Below are positions 10,137 through 18,017 of a stretch of DNA of 64,000 nt, one piece after another (the stretch's first letter is position 1; every line of letters begins with the position of its first letter). The stretch is from Dehalococcoidia bacterium UBA6627 (lineage in GTDB: Bacteria; Chloroflexota; Dehalococcoidia; UBA2979). The notes below the pieces were generated by a model. The model saw nothing but the letters and a program-made list of their open reading frames with translations, was not told the DNA's origin and did no database searches. The position numbers were made by a program, and so were the translations under genes. The stretch lies in assembly GCA_002455955.1 (NCBI GenBank), contig DKLZ01000086.1, positions 15,014-79,013 of the forward strand. Direction: 5' to 3'.

Positions 10137-12557
10137 TCAACGAGATGCAATAGGTATAGTACCGATCACGTCATCGTGCTCTAGCGCCTCAAGATCGGCA
10201 TCCGTCATATCAAGCTTCTCACGTAATACTTCCGCAGTATGCTCACCCAGTAATGGAGCACGCCTGTCCGGAGTGGAAGCGGCAAAACGAAACCGATATG
10301 GCTGGTTGGGATAGTGCTTCACACCGATATCAGGTCGATCTTGTTCGATAAAACCACCTCGCGCAGCAAGTTGAGGATCTTCAAGAAGCTCGGGGCCTGA
10401 TAACACAGCACCAGCAGGAATGCCTTCCTCCTGCAACTTATTCATCAACAAGATATGGTCTGACATCTGCGTCCATTGTGCGATTGCCACATCTATCGAG
10501 TCTCGTTTCCCAAGACGCCCTGAAGCAGTCGCATATTCACTATTTGCCGTTGCCCACTCAGGATGACCGAGCAGCTGGGCTAACGCAGCCCATTGACTGT
10601 CCGTCTGACATTCGATCGCGATCCAACCGTTCCCTCGGCAAGGGTAGATCCCATATGGAGCCCGCGTTAGATGAGAGTTCCCGATACGCCCTGGATCGTA
10701 GCCGGCCAACATTGCACCAGTAACAGCGTCTCCAACGAATAGCGTGCACGCTTCGATTTGACTGAGATCTATGTGCTGACCCTGACCACTTTTCTCGCGA
10801 TGGTAAAGCGCTGCGAATAGCGCACTAGCAGCAATGACTCCAACAAAGGGATCACCACCGTTCATACCAGTAAAGATTGGGGGCCCTCCGTTGTATCCGG
10901 TTAGATGGCTGATTCCCGACATCTGTTCCGTAGACATACCGAAGGCGACATAGTCTCGCCAGGTGACGTCGCTACCGAATCCTGGCATCGACATCATTAT
11001 TAAGCGCGGATTAATCTCTTTCAAGGTCTCGTACTCTAGTCCGAAATTTGCCATCACTCGCGGCGTATAATTCTCAATGAGGACGTCGGCACCAGCTACA
11101 AGTTTTTTCAGAATTCCAGCACCATGCTCATCGGCCAAATTAAGCGTAATTCCACGTTTATTTCGATTTACCCAATTAAAGTTCGGTGATCGCTCCCAAG
11201 GTGTTTCGACTCCGGCGGCGAGCGAGGAGCCTCGCCAACCATCAATACGCTGTACTGATTCAACCTTCACCACGTCTGCACCTGCATCACCGGATATTTG
11301 CATCGCTAATGGTCCGGAGAAAAACATCGACAGATCGATAATGTTCAATCCTTCCAGAGGAAGTGGCACGTGCTCGTCTGTCACCTTGGCTGGAATGGGT
11401 TCCTTATCTATATCATCGAGTTCTGCCAGCACCTCGAGTTGATGCTCGCCGAGGAGAGGAGGCCTGTATGGCTTCGCATCTGTGACAGTCGACTTGTATG
11501 GGATACCAGGGACACGAACCGTATTTGTAACCGGATGCTCCAATTCAACCATGAACCCACGCTCAGTATGCGGAAGCAGTTCAGCAAGCTGAGTCATGTT
11601 CGGAACGAGTCCAAACGGAACACGCCACGCTTCGCCTTCATGAAAAACTTCTTCAGCCGAGCGGCCAGAAAGTGCGCTCTGAAAAATCTTACCTATCTCG
11701 GCAGCATGGTTTCGGCGGCCAAGACCCGCATAACGCGGGTCAGTCAGCAACTCATCATGACCAAGAAAATTACAGAGAAGATCCCACTGCGGCTGCGTTA
11801 ATACATTCACCCCGACGTATCCGTCTCTCGTAGGAAGCATGTACGAAGGTCCCGGACCAAACTCGGAGTTTCGATTACCCACATCACCTGAGTACTCATA
11901 CCGAAGTGAGGGGAAAAGCGCACCTGCGAGTGTCGCCTCTTGTGCACTCACATCCACATGCTCACCATGCCCGTGGATATTCCGACCAAGGACCGCCAAC
12001 AGCGTAGCGGCAGCAGCAAAGCCTCCCGTCAATGTCTCCGTAATAGCACCACCGGCCTGCAGAGGCTCACGATCCGGAAGGCCGCAAGTATTTGCCCATC
12101 CGCCCATGGCACAAGCAATCAGATGCGACCATTCATAACCAGAATAAGGACCATCTGAACCAAAGCCAGTTATCGTCGTGAGAATCACTCTATTGTTCCA
12201 GGCTCGCAGTTGCTCGAAGCCGATCCCGCGCCCAGCAAGTTGACCTTCGGTTGCGCTCGAAATGACAACGTCATAGCGGCGAACAAGTCGTTCGAGCAGT
12301 GCACACCCTTCTTTGCTCGATACATCAAGAGTGATACCGCGCTTGCTAGTGTTGAAATAGAAAAACGCGCTGCTCTTCTCGAGATCCGGAGCATCATCGG
12401 GGAACGGCCCTAATGATCGCGCACTATCACCACCATCCGGACTTTCAACCTTAACAACGTCAGCTCCAAGGTCGCCAAGAAGCTTTGCACAGAACGGCGC
12501 GGAAATTCCTTCAGAGATATCGAGGACCCGCAGCCCGGCGAGTGGAGAGTCCATCAC
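10137..12557 (-). CDS. Two-domain family III CoA-transferase (two CaiB/BaiF/Frc-like modules in one chain)
   Basis: 806-aa ORF. The first module opens LAGLRVLDISEGISAPFCAKLLGDLGADVVKVESPDGGD. The second module opens LEGLNIIDLSMFFSGPLAMQISGDAGADVVKVESVQRIDG and ends APLLGEHTAEVL. Confidence 0.85.
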   Translation of the reverse strand: MMDSPLAGLRVLDISEGISAPFCAKLLGDLGADVVKVESPDGGDSARSLGPFPDDAPDLEKSSAFFYFNTSKRGITLDVSSKEGCALLERLVRRYDVVISSATEGQLAGRGIGFEQLRAWNNRVILTTITGFGSDGPYSGYEWSHLIACAMGGWANTCGLPDREPLQAGGAITETLTGGFAAAATLLAVLGRNIHGHGEHVDVSAQEATLAGALFPSLRYEYSGDVGNRNSEFGPGPSYMLPTRDGYVGVNVLTQPQWDLLCNFLGHDELLTDPRYAGLGRRNHAAEIGKIFQSALSGRSAEEVFHEGEAWRVPFGLVPNMTQLAELLPHTERGFMVELEHPVTNTVRVPGIPYKSTVTDAKPYRPPLLGEHQLEVLAELDDIDKEPIPAKVTDEHVPLPLEGLNIIDLSMFFSGPLAMQISGDAGADVVKVESVQRIDGWRGSSLAAGVETPWERSPNFNWVNRNKRGITLNLADEHGAGILKKLVAGADVLIENYTPRVMANFGLEYETLKEINPRLIMMSMPGFGSDVTWRDYVAFGMSTEQMSGISHLTGYNGGPPIFTGMNGGDPFVGVIAASALFAALYHREKSGQGQHIDLSQIEACTLFVGDAVTGAMLAGYDPGRIGNSHLTRAPYGIYPCRGNGWIAIECQTDSQWAALAQLLGHPEWATANSEYATASGRLGKRDSIDVAIAQWTQMSDHILLMNKLQEEGIPAGAVLSGPELLEDPQLAARGGFIEQDRPDIGVKHYPNQPYRFRFAASTPDRRAPLLGEHTAEVLREKLDMTDADLEALEHDDVIGTIPIASR

Positions 12558-12712
12558 CGCTCCCTTCGAGAGCCTTCTACCTAAGGCACTTCGACCGCGT
12601 TTAGCGAATCAAAATCTGATCAAGCGCCTCTACCATCGCGAATCACCGCAGCAGATTGCAACCAATGTGACTCCAGATGATCAAAAAGTCACTATTCCAA
12701 ACGTTGGTCGTA

Positions 12713-13783
12713 CTAGGGCTGGATAGAGACTTTGATCGCTCCACTAGTCTTATCCGCTGCTACCGCGTAGCCATCGGCAACTTCGTTTAATGGAAAACGA
12801 TGCGTAATCAAGGGTGAAAGCAAGTCACGGTGTTGGTTAAGTAGATGCGTCGTGAGCTCGTAATCATGTTGCATCCCGATATATCCATAAAAAACAGTCG
12901 CAGCGATTCTGAGTTGTTTCGTTAGAATTACCTGTGCAGGTAACGTCACATGCCGTGCTGGAACTCCAAGTAACAGCACACGCCCGCCCCAACGAGCTAT
13001 TCGTGATGCGACTTCCGGAGTATTGGCAGCACCACCTACAGTTTCCATCACAAGGTCTACCGGATGTTCCTTCGCCCAAGCATGTAGCTCGGTCTCCATA
13101 TCACCGTCAGCTTCAAAGAGATAAGTAGCACCAAGTCGCCGTGCCGCTTCAGCTTGCTGCGGATAACGATATGTAACAGCTACCTCTGCGCCTGCTTGGT
13201 TCGCGTAAAACACCGACATCAGGCCAATCGGCCCCGCACCTAGTACTACTACCCGTTCTCCTTGCGTAGGTCGCGTTGGATCGAGCTGAGCGGCTACACG
13301 GTGACCATGCACCGCCACAGCTAATGGTTCTGCCAATGCCGCAACTGCAAAATCAAGATCTTCTTCGACAAGGAACAAGTTCTCGGCAGGAACGGTCAGA
13401 TACTCGCTACAGCCGCCAGGCATCTGCTCGCCGAACAAACCAGGACTGTAGCGACACAGCTCGGTCCGCCCAGAACGACAAGCGGAGCATGTACCACAGA
13501 ACGGGCGCGGCTGTAATGCAACTCGTTGGCCTTCGTGCAATGCGGTGACCTTCTCACCAACCTCCGCAACTTCGCCGCTGACTTCATGACCGGGCGTGCG
13601 CCCAGCCTGCCAGCCACCTTCCGGAGAAAGCCAGCGTGACTGATCACGGTATGAGTGGAGATCAGATCCGCAGATACCAGAGGCGCGCACGCGTAATAAT
13701 ACTTCTCCAGGACCTGGAGCTTCCGGTTCATACTCTTCGATTTCAAAACGCATCGGATCATCGGTACTAACTGCTCGACGCAC
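12713..13783 (-). CDS. Zn-dependent alcohol/polyol dehydrogenase (MDR superfamily)
   Basis: 356-aa ORF with GICGSDLH, GHEVSGEV, the structural-Zn Cys cluster CGTCSACRSGRTELC, and the Rossmann motif VVVLGAGPIGL. Confidence 0.85.
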   Translation of the reverse strand: MRRAVSTDDPMRFEIEEYEPEAPGPGEVLLRVRASGICGSDLHSYRDQSRWLSPEGGWQAGRTPGHEVSGEVAEVGEKVTALHEGQRVALQPRPFCGTCSACRSGRTELCRYSPGLFGEQMPGGCSEYLTVPAENLFLVEEDLDFAVAALAEPLAVAVHGHRVAAQLDPTRPTQGERVVVLGAGPIGLMSVFYANQAGAEVAVTYRYPQQAEAARRLGATYLFEADGDMETELHAWAKEHPVDLVMETVGGAANTPEVASRIARWGGRVLLLGVPARHVTLPAQVILTKQLRIAATVFYGYIGMQHDYELTTHLLNQHRDLLSPLITHRFPLNEVADGYAVAADKTSGAIKVSIQP

Positions 13784-13998
13784 TGGACTCTACCTCCACC
13801 AGAGCTGGGACAGAATCATGAACATCTTCTGAAATTCACGCTTCCGCCTACTAGATTACGGATCGTTGGTGCACTCCGGTAGGACTATTCGAAGGCGGTC
13901 AATTTAAATAACAGTAGAAAGCGAACCGGCAGCTCTTGCCTGACAGGCTGAACACTCTTTCCTCATCCAACATCTCGGGCCACTCAAAAAGTGAACTC

Positions 13999-15045
13999 TT
14001 AGAAATCTCGCAAGGACCGCTGTGCTGTCACCATCCCAGTCCCTTCTGTTGCAGCAGCACGCACACCAATTTCCTCCGCCAAAACATTAAAATCTCGCAG
14101 CTCTATCTCGACGTCTTCGGCAATCTGCTCACGACCATAAACACGGCCACGCTCTCCACTATGGAGAGTACCCCACACCTCAGAAAACCCTACCTGTTCC
14201 AGATCAGTGATTAGTTCGTCGGTTGTCCATCGCCGTAATTCGACGGCGAGTGACGATGTTGCATACGAAGCAAGTTGAACCAACAAATTCGGACCAAGCG
14301 GAGATCCGGGATCGAGGCGTGTCTCACCCAACACGCGAGGCTCCGAAGCCGATGTAATCAGTGCTTCGCGATGAATGACAGCACCTGGCCCGTCCATCCC
14401 TAAAGCTAATGTGTAACGACGTTCTAATCGTGGCTCACGCACTCGCCGGATGTATTGAAAAAGAAGCTTCGAATCACCTTCCAATAGCGAAACGCTCTCG
14501 AGTTCCTGTACCGGCAAATCCCATTGCTGATAAGCGACTCGGAAAAAGCCGCCTGGTCGCAGTACACGATATATCTCTCGCATCGCCTGCTGTGAATCAG
14601 TGACCTCTTCAAGCGAATAGGACGCTGTTACCAGATCAACAGATTCGTCAGCGATAGGCATCTTCATCGCCGATGCCATCAGGAAACAAACGTTGTTTAT
14701 ATTCAGTCGGCGTGCATTCCTCTTACAAATCAACGTCCGGCGTGACGATGGCTCAAGACCAATGACACGGACATCCTCGCGCGTATCAGCAATGGGAATA
14801 GAAGGCCAACCATCGCCCGGACCAATATCGAGTACGGTGGAGCGCTCTCCACTTTCGACCGTCGGAAGCCAAGAGACAAAATCTGCGATTCGAGAAGCGT
14901 CTGCCCAGTGCTCCTCTCGCCTCGGATCGTAGGGGATGTCTACAAACGGGAGTTGGCGATAGCGTTGAAATGGAAGCAAATCGTAATTTGCTTGGCTTGA
15001 ATCGACCCAGGACACTGGAGCTAATTCTTGCCAAGCACGTTCCAT
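13999..15045 (-). CDS. Class I SAM-dependent methyltransferase with a long C-terminal extension
   Basis: 348-aa ORF with motif I VLDIGPGDGW and post-I/II elements (VIGLEPS, VDLVTASYSLEEV, LRPGGFF). The C-terminal ~150 aa are not recognisable. Confidence 0.7.
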   Translation of the reverse strand: MERAWQELAPVSWVDSSQANYDLLPFQRYRQLPFVDIPYDPRREEHWADASRIADFVSWLPTVESGERSTVLDIGPGDGWPSIPIADTREDVRVIGLEPSSRRTLICKRNARRLNINNVCFLMASAMKMPIADESVDLVTASYSLEEVTDSQQAMREIYRVLRPGGFFRVAYQQWDLPVQELESVSLLEGDSKLLFQYIRRVREPRLERRYTLALGMDGPGAVIHREALITSASEPRVLGETRLDPGSPLGPNLLVQLASYATSSLAVELRRWTTDELITDLEQVGFSEVWGTLHSGERGRVYGREQIAEDVEIELRDFNVLAEEIGVRAAATEGTGMVTAQRSLRDF

Positions 15046-15099
15046 CTCTGACAGTTCAATCTCCGCCGCATCTATTCGCGTCAGACCTTACCTCCTATA

Positions 15100-15127
15100 C
15101 AGAAGGGCACCGAATGGCGCCCTTCTG
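15100..15127 (-). terminator. GC-rich hairpin between the MaoC gene stop and the methyltransferase start
   Basis: CAGAAGGGC (15100-15108) pairs with GCCCTTCTG (15119-15127). It lies 24 nt downstream of the stop at 15151. There is no clear U-tract. Confidence 0.3.
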
Positions 15128-15150
15128 ACGTCTACGAAGTCAGCGATTCG

Positions 15151-15573
15151 TTACGCATCAATGCGAGCTGTCGCTGTACCTCTCACGACTTCACGACCAT
15201 CTTGATTCGAAGTACTAACTGTGAGATCGACGAGATGCTGCCCGTCTTCCTCTCGTAACTCCTCGACGGCTATCGTGGCCGTCAATGTGTCCCCTGGCCA
15301 TACCTGATTCACGAACCGAACACCGTATTTAGTTAGGCGACCATCACCGACATAATTCGTCAGAGCAACACCTGTCGCTCCCATCGAGAGCATCCCATGA
15401 GCGAAAACAGATGGATATCCTGCAATATCTTTTGTGAACACCTCATCTGTATGCACGGGATTGTAGTCTCCTGAGGCGCCCGCATACTGAACAATTTGAG
15501 TTCGTGTGAGGTTATCCGCCACGACTTCTGTATGCTCATCTCCGACCTTGATCTCACTTGCCTTGAGTGCCAT
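15151..15573 (-). CDS. MaoC-like (R)-specific enoyl-CoA hydratase/dehydratase subunit (hotdog fold)
   Basis: 140-aa ORF with the hydratase-2 motif YAGASGDYNPVHTD. It is adjacent to a second hotdog ORF. Confidence 0.8.
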   Translation of the reverse strand: MALKASEIKVGDEHTEVVADNLTRTQIVQYAGASGDYNPVHTDEVFTKDIAGYPSVFAHGMLSMGATGVALTNYVGDGRLTKYGVRFVNQVWPGDTLTATIAVEELREEDGQHLVDLTVSTSNQDGREVVRGTATARIDA

Positions 15574-15581
15574 CGAACTTC

Positions 15582-16070
15582 CTAACCTTGGTCCACTGGG
15601 CGTTCAGTTTGAACACCCACGGAGCGAGCGGTGATCACTAACTCATCATTCTGGTCGTAGTATTCCGTGATTGACTCGGAAAACTTCAACTTGCCAGCTC
15701 GCTTACTCTCACGCTCCCATGTTTCGCCTTGCTTATTCACCGAACGTAATACGTCGCCAGGACGAAGATGGCGGTGATACTCGAAGTGCTGCTCCGCATG
15801 CAGACCGCCACCTCCTCCACCGCCCGACTCACGCTCGACACCGGTCGACTCTTTTCCTGAGCCAAACCATGGTTCGCCAATCACCGGACGGAGATAATAC
15901 CCGGGCTCAAACTGTGCACTCGATTGAACAAACGTCGGTGGTGCAATCATCCCCGACGGTTCTGTTGTCTTAGCATAGTCCTCGTCGTAATAGATTTGGT
16001 TTGTGTCCCCTACTGCACGTGCAAACAACATGATGTGCCCAGCCTCGACTGGGAACCTCTCCACCGACAT
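15582..16070 (-). CDS. MaoC N-terminal-type hotdog protein, likely partner subunit of 15151-15573
   Basis: 162-aa ORF. FARAVGDTNQIYYDEDYAK resembles the N-terminal half of two-gene MaoC dehydratases (HadA/ChsH-type pairs). It contains a run of seven Gly (ESGGGGGGGLH). Confidence 0.7.
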   Translation of the reverse strand: MSVERFPVEAGHIMLFARAVGDTNQIYYDEDYAKTTEPSGMIAPPTFVQSSAQFEPGYYLRPVIGEPWFGSGKESTGVERESGGGGGGGLHAEQHFEYHRHLRPGDVLRSVNKQGETWERESKRAGKLKFSESITEYYDQNDELVITARSVGVQTERPVDQG

Positions 16071-16449
16071 ACCTACTCCTCTCGGTGCATCAGCACTCTT
16101 TTTTCTCTAGCTGGCGGAGGATTCTAGCGCGCAGACCCGCCCACCGCGAGAGCACGATAGTTTGTTCAACCAGCTTCTATCCCAATTACTCTTCCGATCA
16201 TGAAGACAGCCTCAATGCAAAAACCATCTATCCAATGATTTTTTGACGTATCGTCGCAATTCAGTAATCGCTATCAGCATGCACTAGGCAGGTCAGAGTT
16301 AAAATAGCCCCCCAGTCCGGATAGCACGCTCGATAGCGTACACCACCAAAAGAGCGCCTCCGATGGCTATCCATTTCCAATAGAACCGACCAGGATCTTC
16401 CAGCATCTCGCCACCACGCAATCCGCTATTTTGATAACGCAAACAGTCT

Positions 16450-17424
16450 CTAAGGTCGTCCGATGATCCCGCTTGGGGTCACGATAATCTGTGAATCTTT
16501 AAGACCATGGATTACCGCTCCCGGTGCTATCAACGCGTCCGACAGTGTTACGTCCCGCAGACGACAACCAGAACCTACAACCACATTCGGACCAAGTTGG
16601 CAGTCTTCAACTATAGCGTCCGGTGCGATCAGGACGGAAATATCCTTTTCCTGAAGTAGCCGCTCCTGTGTCGAAAGCAACGCAGCAAGCGTACCGGTGT
16701 CATACCATTCGCCATCGAAGCAGCGCCCACCGATCGAATACCCTTCTTCGATCATCACTGACAACGTACCAGATATCTCTAATTCGCCCTTGGTGTTAAC
16801 AACGGCATCGTCAAGCACACGATCAATCGCTTCAGGGCCCAGCAACCACCACGCAGGTGATGCGAGATTCCCTTTCGGACGCTTGGGTTTTTCGACAAAT
16901 TCAACGATGCGCTCACCAACTAGTTGAGCTATCCCCATCGATGTCGGCGTTTTAGTGGGTGCAAGCGGCAACCATGCATCAACAGGTTCGTTCAACCAAG
17001 ATCCGAACTGGCCTCGAATGTCACCTCCGTAAAGCAACGAATCAGCGGCAATCACGGCCACATGGCGCCGCCGTATACTGTTATTTGGAACATGAGCGAG
17101 TGCGCCTGCTGGTCCGTTAGGAATTGGCTGAACGACCACCTTGATCGACATACCGGCGGGCACTGATTCGCGAGAGATCTTTCCAGTTAATCTGTCGTCC
17201 GGCGTTACGACTATGAACACTTCTTTAATATCAGTCTCTGCTAGCCGCTCAAATGTATATGTGATCAAAGGTTGATTAAGCACCGGTATGATCGCTTTAG
17301 GTAACTCGAGACTTAACGGCTGCAGTCGTTTCGCCCGCCCTCCCGTTAGGATCACCGCGAGCGGCCCCTCAATCATTTCTAGCCTTTCAGGAATACTACT
17401 CATGATAGAGCTAGATCTGCCCAA
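16450..17424 (-). CDS. Sugar-phosphate nucleotidyltransferase with C-terminal left-handed beta-helix
   Basis: 324-aa ORF with the N-terminal NTP-transferase motif LAVILTGGRAKRLQPLSLELPKAIIPV and a C-terminal hexapeptide-like region (VVVGSGCRLRDVTLSDALIAPGAVI). The start may be Met8 or Met17 (17403/17376). Confidence 0.75.
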   Translation of the reverse strand: MGRSSSIMSSIPERLEMIEGPLAVILTGGRAKRLQPLSLELPKAIIPVLNQPLITYTFERLAETDIKEVFIVVTPDDRLTGKISRESVPAGMSIKVVVQPIPNGPAGALAHVPNNSIRRRHVAVIAADSLLYGGDIRGQFGSWLNEPVDAWLPLAPTKTPTSMGIAQLVGERIVEFVEKPKRPKGNLASPAWWLLGPEAIDRVLDDAVVNTKGELEISGTLSVMIEEGYSIGGRCFDGEWYDTGTLAALLSTQERLLQEKDISVLIAPDAIVEDCQLGPNVVVGSGCRLRDVTLSDALIAPGAVIHGLKDSQIIVTPSGIIGRP

Positions 17425-17513
17425 GCAGTCTCAAATACCCTAGGACCAGTATGACATCCTCACGAATCTCAGGGGTCCACATGACCTCGAGAAACCACCC
17501 AAGATGTTGGTAA

Positions 17514-17858
17514 ATGACCCCAAAACCCAATACCGAAACTCCTGAACTTATCGAAGTCGAGAAACCTCAATTTGAGTCTCTTTACCACCTCGTCTTACTC
17601 GATGACGACCAACACACGTACGATTACGTTATCGAAATGCTTGCCTCGATCTTCGGTTACGGGCCAGCAAAAGCATGGGCACTTGCTCGCGTTGTCGACG
17701 CTCAGGGACAGGCAATCCTGCAAACCGCCTCGAAGGAACGATGTCAGGATAATCAGCAAAGAATTCATTCCTACGGCGCTGACTCTCGCATACCCACATC
17801 GCTAGGTTCAATGTCAGCGATTATCGAAAAAGCATTCATGCCAGGCGATGCTGGGTAA
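17514..17858 (+). CDS. clpS: ClpS-like Clp-protease adaptor, divergent paralog
   Basis: 114-aa ORF. The core YHLVLLDDDQHTYDYVIEMLASIFGY...ARVVDAQGQAIL aligns with the ClpS core but has substitutions at pocket positions (see findings). Confidence 0.75.
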   Translation: MTPKPNTETPELIEVEKPQFESLYHLVLLDDDQHTYDYVIEMLASIFGYGPAKAWALARVVDAQGQAILQTASKERCQDNQQRIHSYGADSRIPTSLGSMSAIIEKAFMPGDAG

Positions 17859-18017
17859 TACGTATGTTCTTGTTGGTTAATTATCTTGGGAACGCCGCAA
17901 TCAATAAATGCCGATCTCCAGATATTCAACGGTTACATAGAGTCATGAACCCTATCCGATAGTAGAAAGTAAACTTGGTGCTGAAACCCAAACCTACCGA
18001 ACAGGTAAACTTCCCTA

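Noticed and set aside
15780-15830. Run of seven glycines (GGGGGGG) in the MaoC N-type protein as a possible slippage-prone tract
   Set aside because: The DNA is a mixed GGN codon series (ccgccacctcctccaccgccc on the plus strand), not a homopolymer. It is more likely a flexible loop than a phase-variation site.
16299-16406. 35-codon minus-strand ORF (MLEDPGRFYWKWIAIGGALLVVYAIERAIRTGGLF) with one TM helix in the 379-bp gap downstream of the nucleotidyltransferase gene
   Set aside because: It is very short, has only a weak GGTGG SD-like element, and conservation cannot be tested here.
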